Source of the DNA: Candidatus Binatia bacterium
Lineage (GTDB): Bacteria; Desulfobacterota; Binatia; Bin18
Direction of reading: 5' to 3'
Length of the DNA: 64,000 bases
Assembly (NCBI GenBank): GCA_963664395.2
Contig: OY761159.2
Location: forward strand, 2,976,001 to 3,040,000
Notes under the pieces: generated by a model
The model's database searches: none
Seen by the model: only the letters and a program-made list of their open reading frames with translations
Told to the model about the DNA's origin: nothing
Shown: one piece after another, positions 8,912 through 18,340 of the stretch
Numbering within the stretch: the first letter of the stretch is position 1
How the letters are laid out: each line of letters opens with the position of its first letter
Translations under genes and position numbers: made by a program

Positions 8912-8983
8912 CCGGTGCTAGTGCAATACTGCACTAGCGTTTGTCTACCCTCTGGGATTGCTGGAGGGCAGTTGAAAACGAGG

Positions 8984-9100
8984 CTATTTTTTCTGCATCT
9001 CAGCGCCGCAGCACTTAATTGGGCCGTCTCCACCTTTGGTCACGATGACCTGAGCGCCGCAGCTTCCGCACAGATACATTTTGCCGAGTTGATTTGCCAT
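8984..9100 (-). CDS. Desulforedoxin-like metal-binding mini-protein 1 (38 aa)
   Basis: Manual translation MANQLGKMYLCGSCGAQVIVTKGGDGPIKCCGAEMQKK*; CxxC...CC; strong RBS AGGAGG; below the ORF-track cutoff. Confidence 0.85.
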   Translation of the reverse strand: MANQLGKMYLCGSCGAQVIVTKGGDGPIKCCGAEMQKK

Positions 9101-9124
9101 ACTACTATACCTCCTGTTTTTCTC

Positions 9125-9886
9125 TTAGCGTCCGGTAAATCGAGGTTTCCGCTTGGCTAAGAAAGATGCTACACCCTCGGCCCGATCTTGGGTCGTCTGG
9201 AGAAGAGCATAGAGATCTTCTTCCAACCGAACTCCCTGATCCAGCGTCAGATCCATTGCCTTATGTACCGCTTCTTTACCCAGTCGTAAAGCGATGGGGC
9301 CTTTGCCTAACAGACCGGATAGGACCTCGTCAACACGGGTCGAAAAGTCGCTTGCAGCCAGCACTTCAGTGACGAGTCCGATACGATACGCTTCAGGCGC
9401 GCCAACCTGTCTGCCCGTGAGGATCATTTCCAGGGCCTTTGCCTGCCCGACCACGCGCGGCAGGCGTTGCGTCCCCCCACCAAAAGGAATCATCTGCTCG
9501 CTAATCTGGGGGAGGCTGAAGCGAGCCGTCGAAACGGCAAGGCGGAGGTCGCAGGCTAAGGCCAGCTCCAGCCCGAGTCCGAACGCACTGCCATTGAGGA
9601 CCGCGAGCGTCGGTTTTGTTATTGCCGCGAGCGCTTTGACGCACTGGATGGGGCCGAATTGCTCACGAATTTTCTGCGCCGTATCGGCTGCTTGTGTCAG
9701 GCCCTCACAAAAACTATGCTCCGAGCCAGTGAGGACACCAATCTCGACAGCCTCGTCCTCCTCAACTGCCTGGCAGGCGGCTGCCAGTTCCTGGTCCGTC
9801 AGGGGAGTGAGCCGGTTGCCTTGGTCTGGACAAGACAATCGCAGCCAAGCCACTCTCCCTTGAATCTCGTACACAAGATCAGACAC
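9125..9886 (-). CDS. Enoyl-CoA hydratase/isomerase (crotonase) family protein
   Basis: KPTLAVLNGSAFGLGLELALACDLR, GGGTQRLPRVVG, EGVASFLAKRKPRF; GTG start. Confidence 0.92.
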   Translation of the reverse strand: MSDLVYEIQGRVAWLRLSCPDQGNRLTPLTDQELAAACQAVEEDEAVEIGVLTGSEHSFCEGLTQAADTAQKIREQFGPIQCVKALAAITKPTLAVLNGSAFGLGLELALACDLRLAVSTARFSLPQISEQMIPFGGGTQRLPRVVGQAKALEMILTGRQVGAPEAYRIGLVTEVLAASDFSTRVDEVLSGLLGKGPIALRLGKEAVHKAMDLTLDQGVRLEEDLYALLQTTQDRAEGVASFLAKRKPRFTGR

Positions 9887-9929
9887 AACGTACCCTTAAA
9901 AAGGAGCGTCCATTCGGACGCCCTGCTCA

Positions 9930-11481
9930 CTATTCGTACTGCGCTTTGAGTTCTTTCTTGAGGACTTTGCCCAAAGGATTCTTGGGAAGCTCGTCAATAA
10001 AATTAATCTCCCCTGGTTTTTTGAAGCTGGCCAGCCGTTCCTTACAGAAATCGCTAACTTCGTCCGCAGTGGCCGTCTGATCTGGCTTGAGGGCGACAAA
10101 GGCAACGATCTTTTGTCCCCAATCGACGTCAGGAACCCCGATAATTGCCGCCTCATCAACTGCCGGATGGGCGTGCAGGACCGCTTCGATTTCAGCTGGG
10201 GCGATGTTCTCACCGCCACGAATAATGATGTCGTCCTTGCGCCCGACCAGATAGACATAGCCGTCTTCGTCGATATAGCCCATGTCGCGGGTATGCAGCC
10301 AGCCGTTTTCGTCCAACAGGGCGGCGGTCGCACTTTCCTGATTGGCGTAGCCCTTCATCACGCGCGGAGTATGAATAACGACTTCACCGATCTCGTTGGC
10401 CGGCAGCTCTTTGTTCTCGTCATCAAGCACTTGGACTTCCACATCCGGCAGCGGTTTGCCGACCGAGGTCAAACGCTTGAGATTGCGCTCGACTTCTTCC
10501 GGCGTGCCGTTCAGCTTATGGTCATCCGGTCCAAGGACGGTCAGGGTCGAGTTGGTTTCGGTCTGGCCAAAGGCATTCACGAAACCGGTCGAATCCGGAA
10601 ACATATCAATAGCTTTGCGAATGACGGGGAAGGCCATGGGCGAGCCGCCATAGGAGACGTTCTGTAAACTCGACAAGTCATAGTTCGAGAACTCGGGATG
10701 ATCGATGAGTTGTTTGAGCATCGTGGGAACAACAAAAGCATGTGTGACCTGCTCGCTCTGGACTGCCTCCAGCCACTCTTCGGTATCGAACTGACGCAGG
10801 ATGGCGATCTTCCGGCCGTTCCAGAGCGCGGTCATAATGTTCATCGTGCCGGCAATGTGGTAGAGCGGAGCGCACAGGAGTGAAGTGCCGCGCGGAGTGC
10901 CGTCCGCCATTTCAACCGTGCCGATGACATAATTGGTAAATCCGCCATAGGTCAGCATCACGCCCTTGGGCAAAGATCGTCCCGCTGGTATACATCAGGA
11001 TGGACAGGTCGTCCTCATCCACTTCGACCTCTTCGATGTCGGGCGAACCCTGCTCAATCAAGTCGTCGTAGTGCAGCATATCGTCACGCCGCGTTTCGAG
11101 CGCGACATATGTCTCAACACAGCCAAGATTGGGCTTGAGGCTATTGACCAAGTCAATATAGCGAGCGCCCACAAGCAGAATCTTGGTCTCTGCCGCGGTA
11201 ATCATATATTCCAATTCAGGGGGCTTGGCCCGATAGTTCAGCGGCACAAATGTCGCGCCCAGAGTCGCCGTGGCATAATAGGCTTCGATGTATTGGGTGC
11301 AGTTTGTCTGCAAGATCGCCACGCGGTCACCCGGTTGAATACCTTGGTCACGCAAACCGCTTGCCAGCCGTTTGACCCGGTCCACGAGCGCTCCATAGGT
11401 CAACCGAGTGCCTTCAAAGGCCAGGATTTCCTGGTCCGGAAACATCATACCTGGAATGCCGATGAACTGTGACGTATTCAT
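9930..11481 (-). pseudogene. Acyl-CoA ligase (AMP-binding), split by a frameshift in the YTSGT-x-x-PKG motif (pseudogene or sequence error)
   Basis: ORFs 10912..11481 and 9930..10973 join as YTSGT[T]SLPKG if 2 nt are restored near 10977; FGQTE, GWLHTRDMG, GRKDDIIIRGGENI, PKNPLGKVLK. Confidence 0.9.
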
Positions 11482-12197
11482 TGTTGCTCCTTCACCAGTG
11501 CAAATAGATTTTGTTCCAGTCGTAAGCCATCGGATAAATTCAGGTCCGCTCCTTGTCGGACGGCCCGTTTTGCCAGGGCTACGACTGTCGGATGATAACG
11601 GGACAGTGTGTATGCCAGAGATTTAGCCTCCGTCAAGAGGGTCGCCAGGGGAACCACCTGATTTACCAGGCCAATTTGGAGGGCTTGGTCTGCCTTCAGC
11701 CGCTTTCCGGTGAGGACCATATCGAGGGCGCGGCCTAACCGAATTGCACGGGGCGCGGTCTGCGTCCCGGCGACCCCAGGGATCATACCGAGGCTCGTTT
11801 CCGGTAAAAAGAAGACCGTATCGTCTGCGGCAACGCACAAGTCGCACAGCAGCGCCATTTCCATCCCACCACCGACGGTATAGCCATGGACCGCCGCAAT
11901 GGTGGGTTGGGGCAAGTGCAACAGCAGCCCCCAATTGTCCCGTTGCCAACGGACTTCACGCGCCCGCACCGGAGAGGGCGCGGACCCGAACTCTGAAACG
12001 TCTCCGCCGGTACAAAAGGCCGGGCCTTCGCCACGCAGGATCATGACTCGGACCTCGGGATCATCCCGCACGGCCTGGAGAATTTCGTACAAATCGTCCC
12101 GCATCTCCACGTTATAGGCGTTGAGCATGGCCGGCCGGTTGAGGCTGACAACGGCGATGCCGTCGTCTTTTTCGTACAGGACTGCGGGGGAAGACAT
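11478..12197 (-). CDS. Enoyl-CoA hydratase/isomerase family protein
   Basis: LNRPAMLNA, AFCTGGD, PTIAAVHGYTVGGGMEMAL, LPETSLGMIPG; ATGA overlap with the ligase. Confidence 0.92.
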   Translation of the reverse strand: MSSPAVLYEKDDGIAVVSLNRPAMLNAYNVEMRDDLYEILQAVRDDPEVRVMILRGEGPAFCTGGDVSEFGSAPSPVRAREVRWQRDNWGLLLHLPQPTIAAVHGYTVGGGMEMALLCDLCVAADDTVFFLPETSLGMIPGVAGTQTAPRAIRLGRALDMVLTGKRLKADQALQIGLVNQVVPLATLLTEAKSLAYTLSRYHPTVVALAKRAVRQGADLNLSDGLRLEQNLFALVKEQQ

Positions 12198-12206
12198 ACA
12201 CGCTCT

Positions 12207-13766
12207 TTATGCCGAATAGACAATCTGTCCGTCAATGATTGTTGTGTGGACGCTTGCACTGCTTATTGCCTCAGCAGGGAGCCTCGTCAAGTCACTATCC
12301 AAATCGCTGTCAAGGATATTCACATCCGCACGCATTCCAGGGGCGATTCTGCCGACCCGGTTTTCCTCAAATCCAATCCAGGCTCCGGCGTGTGTGAAAA
12401 GACCAATCGCCTCAGACAGGGAGAGTCGTTCGGCAGGATTGAGGACAATTCCGGTTTGGGATTGGCGTGTTATGGCAGCTTGGACCGCTACCAGTGGTGC
12501 CTGCGGGGCGATTGGACAATCTGAGCTGCCGACAATTGGAATGTTTCGATCCCGGAAACTTTTTGCCCGGTACAACCAGGCGTGCAAATCCGGATCAATC
12601 TCTGCGGCATATTTGTCGCCATAGAAATGAAGAAAGCCGGGCTGCATCACCACCGCACAGCCCGTCTCGGCCAAGGTGTCGAGCAACGGCGGGGGGCAGA
12701 GCGTACAGTGTTCAATCCGATGACGATGATCGCGGCGAGGCAGCCGTTCTTGGGCTTGCCGAATCGCGTCGAGGGCCGCGCACACGGGGGCTTCTTCAAC
12801 CGCATGGATGGCGACCTGAAAACCATGGTGATGAACCTGCCATACCATTTCAGCCAGATCATCCAGGGGTGGATACAACTCGCCCCCACTTTCGTGCAGC
12901 ATGATTTTGATACTGCCAAGCCGGACGCGGTCATACGGACCGAAAGGTTGGAGTTCGGCCTCCAGGACTTCTGGGAAGGCATCAATCCCGACCATGACGG
13001 TTGCATGGGGACGTACTGTCCCGTTCGCGCGTAAGGTGGAGAATCGCGCTATATCCTCAAGTGTATTACCTGCACTCGCATCATGAAACGAACAAATCCC
13101 ATGTCTGAGCAATGCGTGGTTGACCTGTCGTAATCCCGCCTGAAACTCCTGCGACGGGAGCGGAGGAATTGTAGTCCGAAGAAATGACTCCAATTCGTAG
13201 ACGAGGCCCGTTGGTTCTCCGCTTGCGTCGCGCTCGACGTGTCCGCCCCTTGGAGGGGTAAAATTTGCATGTATGCCGGCTCGCCGGAGCGCCGCGCTAT
13301 TCAGAACGGCAGCATGGCCGGTCCGATGGCGCAGGATCACCGGTCGGTCGGTCGCTATGGCATCGAGGTCGTGTCGGTTCGGATGGCGTTTCTCGTCGAG
13401 AAAGAACTCGTCATAGCCATAGCCGCGCAGCCAGTCTTGCGAGCCGAGAGTAGTCAGACGCGCCTGGAGTTGAGAGCGGATTTCAGCAATCGACCGGGCT
13501 GCACTCAGGTCTGCGCCGCAGTAGCGGCTTGCCCAGGCAAAGAGGTGCAGGTGGGGGTCGATGAAGCCGGGCAGAACCGTTCTCCCGGCGCACGCTAAGG
13601 TCTGTGTTTTCGGCGAGACAAAGGAGCGCAGTTCCTCCTCGGTGCCGACCGCGAGGATTCTTCCTGCCGCGATAGCGACCGCTTGTGCTTCAGTCCGGTT
13701 CGGGTCGAAGGTGAGGACATGTCCACCGTAGAGTAGCAGGTCAGCAGTGTGGGGTGCGGAAGACAT
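12207..13766 (-). CDS. Metal-dependent amidohydrolase (Amidohydro_3/YtcJ-like)
   Basis: PGFIDPHLH, QVAIHA, RHRIEH, GSSDCP, GRIAPGMRAD. Confidence 0.92.
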   Translation of the reverse strand: MSSAPHTADLLLYGGHVLTFDPNRTEAQAVAIAAGRILAVGTEEELRSFVSPKTQTLACAGRTVLPGFIDPHLHLFAWASRYCGADLSAARSIAEIRSQLQARLTTLGSQDWLRGYGYDEFFLDEKRHPNRHDLDAIATDRPVILRHRTGHAAVLNSAALRRAGIHANFTPPRGGHVERDASGEPTGLVYELESFLRTTIPPLPSQEFQAGLRQVNHALLRHGICSFHDASAGNTLEDIARFSTLRANGTVRPHATVMVGIDAFPEVLEAELQPFGPYDRVRLGSIKIMLHESGGELYPPLDDLAEMVWQVHHHGFQVAIHAVEEAPVCAALDAIRQAQERLPRRDHRHRIEHCTLCPPPLLDTLAETGCAVVMQPGFLHFYGDKYAAEIDPDLHAWLYRAKSFRDRNIPIVGSSDCPIAPQAPLVAVQAAITRQSQTGIVLNPAERLSLSEAIGLFTHAGAWIGFEENRVGRIAPGMRADVNILDSDLDSDLTRLPAEAISSASVHTTIIDGQIVYSA

Positions 13767-13775
13767 AGCCCCCAG

Positions 13776-13804
13776 AAAAGGAAAGAGCGAGGTTTCCCTC
13801 GCTC
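13776..13804 (-). terminator. Terminator-like hairpin between mini-protein gene 2 and the amidohydrolase
   Basis: Minus strand GAGCGAGG-GAAA-CCTCGCTC followed by TTTCCTTTT. Confidence 0.65.
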
Positions 13805-13840
13805 CTCACTGTTAGGCGTACAGTTTGCAACAGACCGGTA

Positions 13841-13981
13841 TCAGTCAGACGACGGAAGCGGCTTGGCTTCCTTGAGCGGCATTTCTTTATCGCAGCAGTT
13901 GAGCGCGCCGTCGCCCGGCTTGTTGCACAGTACCTCAGTCCCGCACTCTTCGCACATATAGCGTTTACCCAGTTGTGCCAT
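13841..13981 (-). CDS. Desulforedoxin-like metal-binding mini-protein 2 (46 aa) with C-terminal KPLPSSD tail
   Basis: Manual translation MAQLGKRYMCEECGTEVLCNKPGDGALNCCDKEMPLKEAKPLPSSD*; RBS AGGAGG; paralogous to 8984..9100. Confidence 0.88.
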   Translation of the reverse strand: MAQLGKRYMCEECGTEVLCNKPGDGALNCCDKEMPLKEAKPLPSSD

Positions 13982-14019
13982 TGATTCCTCCTGTCGTGAT
14001 ATGTCTCTACAAGTAATAT

Positions 14020-15093
14020 CTACTGTAGAAACGGTAACTTGGTCACCTCGGCTATCATGTCCGCGTCCGGCCTGTCAATCCGCAGCCGGGTGCCCGGCTC
14101 GCCATGTTCACGCCGGACATAGCCCAGGGCAATCGGTCGGCCCAGCGTTGGGGAGGTTGCGACGCTGGTCAGCCAGCCGACTTCCTTGTCGTCCTTCACT
14201 AGTCGGTCGCCTCGTGTCGGCAAGGCAGCCTGCGCCTCATTTTGCAGCAGAAACCCACTGAGCTGACGATTCATACGCCCGCGCGCAGAGGCCCGCTCGA
14301 CGACTTCCTGGCCCAGATAACAGCCTTTATCAAAATTAATGGCTCGGTCGAGGCCGACCTCCAGCACGATTCTTTCTTCGTCCATATCGAGGCCATACCA
14401 CGGAATGCCGGCCTCAACCCGAAGTATATTCAGCGCGGTATGACCGACGGGAAGCAGCCCGTCGAGTTGAGCGAGGGCCTGCCAGACGACGGATACCCGG
14501 TCGCCGGGAACGTGAAACTCATAGCCACCCTTACCGGTCTGGTCAGAGCGAACCACACGGACCCGAACATCTGCAAGCGTTTCGTCCCGATGCTGTAACT
14601 CCTGCTCCGGCAAGGAAGAGAGACCGGCTGCCGCCAGGACTTCTGCCGCGGCCGGGCCTTGGACCGCAAGGGTCACCTGATGGGTGCTCAGGTCTTCAAT
14701 TTCCACATCATCGGCAATGATAAAACGGTCGAGGGCTTCAATCGTCTTTTCCTTGATACGGGCATCAAGGTCGAGAAGGATTGCCGACTCTTCGGCATAG
14801 ACGCGCAAATCCGCCACAATCCTTCCCTGCTCCGTCAGCAGCGTTGCCGGACAGCCCTCGCCGGGCCGCAGGGCTTTGACATCGTTGGACAGCATGCCCT
14901 GCAGAAAATCGGTGCGATCTTCTCCCGTGAATTTCACCTGGGTGCGAAAGGACAGGTCAATCAGTCCCGCCTTTTCGCAGACGGCTGCGTAGTCGTCCTG
15001 CGGGTTGGTGAAGGCGTTCGGGAGTTCAAGGCCGCGATCGTCGGTGAGCGGTACGCCCTGGCTTTCAAGCCAGGCAGAGAGAGAGCTTTTCAT
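14020..15093 (-). CDS. ygfZ: YgfZ/GcvT-family folate-binding protein
   Basis: KGCYLGQE signature; TGEDRTDFLQGMLSND; LRVEAGIPWYG. Confidence 0.88.
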   Translation of the reverse strand: MKSSLSAWLESQGVPLTDDRGLELPNAFTNPQDDYAAVCEKAGLIDLSFRTQVKFTGEDRTDFLQGMLSNDVKALRPGEGCPATLLTEQGRIVADLRVYAEESAILLDLDARIKEKTIEALDRFIIADDVEIEDLSTHQVTLAVQGPAAAEVLAAAGLSSLPEQELQHRDETLADVRVRVVRSDQTGKGGYEFHVPGDRVSVVWQALAQLDGLLPVGHTALNILRVEAGIPWYGLDMDEERIVLEVGLDRAINFDKGCYLGQEVVERASARGRMNRQLSGFLLQNEAQAALPTRGDRLVKDDKEVGWLTSVATSPTLGRPIALGYVRREHGEPGTRLRIDRPDADMIAEVTKLPFLQ

Positions 15094-15147
15094 AATAAGT
15101 AGGCTATAGCAAAGAGGGACTTGCGAGGAAAGGTTGGAAACGACCTC

Positions 15148-16224
15148 TCACGACGCCGCATTCAGACGGCGCAAATTCCGCACAGCCCGGATGCGCTCCT
15201 GGGCCAGGGTAACGGCCAAACGATGGGGCGGGATGTCTCGCTGCTTGGCTTGGGTAAAAATCGTTTTCAGGGTGGAGTAAATCGCTTCGGTTTTGGCCTT
15301 GGCCCGCTCGCGGCGATAGCCGCCGGGACCCAACTCGTCCGCGACGTTAATCAGCCCCCCGGCGTTAATTGCAAAGTCCGGCGCATACAGAATGCCGTGC
15401 GTGTGAATCGCGTCTCCGTCTGCCTCGGTGAGTAACTGATTGTTGGCCCCACCGCCGATAATACGGCAGCGGAGTTGAGGCATCGTCTCCGGATTGAAAA
15501 CGCCACCCGCGGCACAAGGGGCGAGGATGTCGCATTGCTGAGTCAGAATAACGGTCGGATCGACAACCTCGGCGCCCAGTTCGGTCCTCGCCTTGTCGGT
15601 CCGGGCGGTGTCCACATCCGCGACTATCAGCCGCGCCCCGGCTTGGTGGAGGTATTGCGCCAGAGAGTAGCCGACTTTCCCCAGGCCGGGCAGGGCCACG
15701 CTCAAGCCCTGAAATTCGGCCTTGCCATCGGTTTCTTCAAGACACGCCCGCAGGCCACAGAAGATGCCCCAGGCGGTCATGGGGGAGGGGTCTCCGCCGC
15801 CGCCAAACGCCTCCGCCCGTCCGACCCCGAACCGACTCTCGGCCAGGACGTGTTCAATGTCCGCGGTCGTCGTGCCCATGTCTTCGGTTGGAATATAGCG
15901 CCCGGCTAAAGACTCTATGGCGCGGCCCAGCGCCCGAAACACGATCTCTCTATTTGTGACTGTCTGATTGGCGACAACAACCGCCTTGCCGCCGCCATAC
16001 TCCAGGCCGGCCAGGGAGGCTTTATAGGTCATGGCCTGGGAAAGGCGCAGGACATCCGTAACCGCATCATCCTCGCTGGCATACGCCCGCATACGAATAC
16101 CACCCAGGGCGGGCCCTAAGGTGGTATCATGGATGGCAATCAGGGCGGTGAGGCCGGCGTTGCGGTCCGCGCAGAAGACTACCTGTTCGTGGTCTTCTGC
16201 CTGCATGCGTTCAAAGAGTGCCAT
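15148..16224 (-). CDS. Leu/Phe/Val dehydrogenase
   Basis: IAIHDTTLGPALGG, MTYK...GGGKAV, EDMGTT, GDPSPMTA, GGANNQL, APDFAINAGG. Confidence 0.93.
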   Translation of the reverse strand: MALFERMQAEDHEQVVFCADRNAGLTALIAIHDTTLGPALGGIRMRAYASEDDAVTDVLRLSQAMTYKASLAGLEYGGGKAVVVANQTVTNREIVFRALGRAIESLAGRYIPTEDMGTTTADIEHVLAESRFGVGRAEAFGGGGDPSPMTAWGIFCGLRACLEETDGKAEFQGLSVALPGLGKVGYSLAQYLHQAGARLIVADVDTARTDKARTELGAEVVDPTVILTQQCDILAPCAAGGVFNPETMPQLRCRIIGGGANNQLLTEADGDAIHTHGILYAPDFAINAGGLINVADELGPGGYRRERAKAKTEAIYSTLKTIFTQAKQRDIPPHRLAVTLAQERIRAVRNLRRLNAAS

Positions 16225-16234
16225 ACGGCCTGCT

Positions 16235-16540
16235 TCATACAGCGACTAGGACATCGTCGCCATCTACTTTGACCTCATAGGTGTCTTGTTTTTCGTCCGG
16301 GTCTTCACTGTTTTCTCCGGTCGTAACATCGAAATCCCAGGCGTGCCACGGGCAGGTGACCATATTGCCATCCAGCTCGCCTTCGCCTAATGGGCCACCC
16401 TGGTGCGGACAAACATTATCTAACGCGTAGAACGTACCATCGACATTGAAAACGGCTACTTGCTGGTCGTTGACCTCAAAACACCGCCCCTCGCCTGCGG
16501 GGATATCACTCGTCGAGGCCACTTTGACAAAATCGGCCAT
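16235..16540 (-). CDS. Rieske [2Fe-2S] ferredoxin
   Basis: CPHQGGPL...CPWH; AGGAGG RBS before ATG 16540. Confidence 0.93.
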   Translation of the reverse strand: MADFVKVASTSDIPAGEGRCFEVNDQQVAVFNVDGTFYALDNVCPHQGGPLGEGELDGNMVTCPWHAWDFDVTTGENSEDPDEKQDTYEVKVDGDDVLVAV

Positions 16541-16634
16541 GCTGTCCTCCTGTGTCTGAAATATCGGCGAATTAAACAAATTACGCTACGGGCCGCAAGG
16601 TTAGTCAAGGGTCGGCCAGTATAGACTGGCGCAC

Positions 16635-16676
16635 AAAAAAGCCCCTGTGTCAGACAGTGAGGACGACACAGGGGCT
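16635..16676 (-). terminator. Intrinsic terminator
   Basis: 12-bp stem AGCCCCTGTGTC/GACACAGGGGCT followed by a T run on the minus strand. Confidence 0.75.
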
Positions 16677-16698
16677 GTGAGCCATCAACAGGATTCTT

Positions 16699-17007
16699 TT
16701 AGCCGCCGTAGAAGACCTTGTCTCCCAGGTCGGCCATGTGCAGCGTCGCCAGGTCAGCGCGTCCTTCGGGTTGCTTCTGGACAGCCGCATTCACCACTTT
16801 TCCAATAAAAATAGAGTGGTCGCCGTTCTCGACCGTTTGCTCCAACGAGCACTCGACATAGGCCGGGACGCTGGCGAGCACCGGCGCGCCAGTCGTGCCC
16901 GCGCTGTACACCTCGCCGTTAATCTTGTTGCCGTCTTTTTCCGCGGTCAGCACATACAGGCCGTAGGGGATCATACGGAGAGCGGTTTTCTTGGCATCTG
17001 CATCCAT
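16699..17007 (-). pseudogene. Flavin reductase family gene with a large in-frame internal deletion
   Basis: N-terminal ALRMIPYGLYVLT is fused almost directly to TGAPVL...ECSL...GDHSIFIGKVV; the central SFxPPLV..FxxN segment is absent; 102 aa is short for the family. Confidence 0.75.
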
Positions 17008-17159
17008 CAGTCTTTCTCCCTTTTCTGAAAAATTGTCCCTGCGTTGTATCTGCCCCCTCCCGCGCGTTCAAGTCCGGCCCGTTTGCGCGTCAACCCCGCT
17101 CAGGTATGTAGAACGTGCGTGTAGCTGAAGCCGACTATCTCAGGGAGATAGTCATCGTA

Positions 17160-17312
17160 ATGCAGAAAAGAGCAGAGACTCACACCCGCGCCGGGGTAGA
17201 ATACCAGCCGCATGGTGCCGCGTATTTTGAGCAGCGCCAATTGCGGCGTCACGCCCGAGTCTGGTCGCTCTGGGCGCTGGGTGTACTGATTCGAGACCCG
17301 TGGGTGGGTTGA
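17160..17312 (+). pseudogene. 5' fragment of an APC-family amino acid/amine permease
   Basis: GVEY...YFEQRQLRRHARVWSLWALGV resembles the start of TM1 of ethanolamine-permease-like transporters (normally continuing GAVISG); similarity stops near 17285. Confidence 0.65.
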
Positions 17313-17527
17313 TCAACTCCCGACCGATAACGCCGTCTGCGCTCAACCGTTTGAATAGACTATCGGCTAGGGACTGCTCATTGTGTGGTATGGGCACAGG
17401 AAGGAAGGTATTATGAAGGTAGGCTACTGTTCATAATCTACTTTGCTGAAACACCGAATCCGAGTATCGGGGTTCGGTGTCTCTAAGTTGGACTACTCGA
17501 CACAGATCGACTCACAGGAGGCATAAC

Positions 17528-18334
17528 ATGGTCGATCAGCAACCCGACGCGATAGATCAATCTCAATCGCTACGCAACACGGGCATCGTGTATGTGCTGA
17601 CAAACCCGGAGATGCCGAATTGCATTAAAATTGGCACCACACAAAAGTGGCCGCAACGTATGAAGGAATTAGATGGTACGTCTGTTCCGGTACCGTTTGA
17701 GTGCATGTATGCGGCGCGGGTGCATGACCCAAAAGCATGGGAAAAGACCCTGCATTATGTATTCGAGGACGCAAGAATCAACCCGAAGCGAGAATTTTTT
17801 AGCAAGGACGTTGCTGAAAAGGCGATCCGGATTTTGAAAACGGCGCAGGTCGAGAACGTCTCCTATACCTCAACCGACGTACGTGAGCGCCGTAAGCGCC
17901 TCGAGGAACTCGCAAACAAGCAGAACCGGTTCAACTTCGAAGTACTGGGCATACCCATCGGGGCAGAATTACAATTCATCCACAACAACGTAACCACATG
18001 TACAGTCACCAATCAAAAGCCACCCAAAGTGAATTTCCGTGGCGAGGAACTTCCGTTGTCCCGTGCAACTCACAAGGCATTTGCCTTAGAAGGTCTGTTG
18101 CATCGGAGCCACGAGGATAAAACCGAAGCCAATCCATTCGATGCCATCAACAAGGGCGATCCATTTGATGCTATTTCCCAGGTAGTGAACTGCGCAGAAG
18201 CGCTGTTGTGTTTGAGCTACTACGAGGGGAATGAAACTATGGCTATTGATGAAGCCAACAGCATGCACGATCTCTCTCAAGGGCTGGGATGGTGGAGGTA
18301 TAATGATCTAACCCTGGCAGAACTCTATAGTTAG
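17528..18334 (+). CDS. GIY-YIG (T5orf172-type) nuclease-domain protein
   Basis: GIVYVLTNPEMPNCIKIGTT...RMKEL..TSVPVPF...EKTLH...RINPKREFF; RBS AGGAGG. Confidence 0.88.
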   Translation: MVDQQPDAIDQSQSLRNTGIVYVLTNPEMPNCIKIGTTQKWPQRMKELDGTSVPVPFECMYAARVHDPKAWEKTLHYVFEDARINPKREFFSKDVAEKAIRILKTAQVENVSYTSTDVRERRKRLEELANKQNRFNFEVLGIPIGAELQFIHNNVTTCTVTNQKPPKVNFRGEELPLSRATHKAFALEGLLHRSHEDKTEANPFDAINKGDPFDAISQVVNCAEALLCLSYYEGNETMAIDEANSMHDLSQGLGWWRYNDLTLAELYS

Positions 18335-18340
18335 AGCGCC

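Noticed and set aside
10960-10995. Programmed frameshift in the acyl-CoA ligase
   Set aside because: No slippery sequence, and a conserved residue of the ATP-binding loop is partly deleted; mutation or sequence error is more likely.
8984-13981. Mini-proteins as RiPP precursors or superoxide reductase domains
   Set aside because: No RiPP maturase (radical SAM, YcaO, LanM) or SOR catalytic domain nearby; the Cys spacing fits a metal site.
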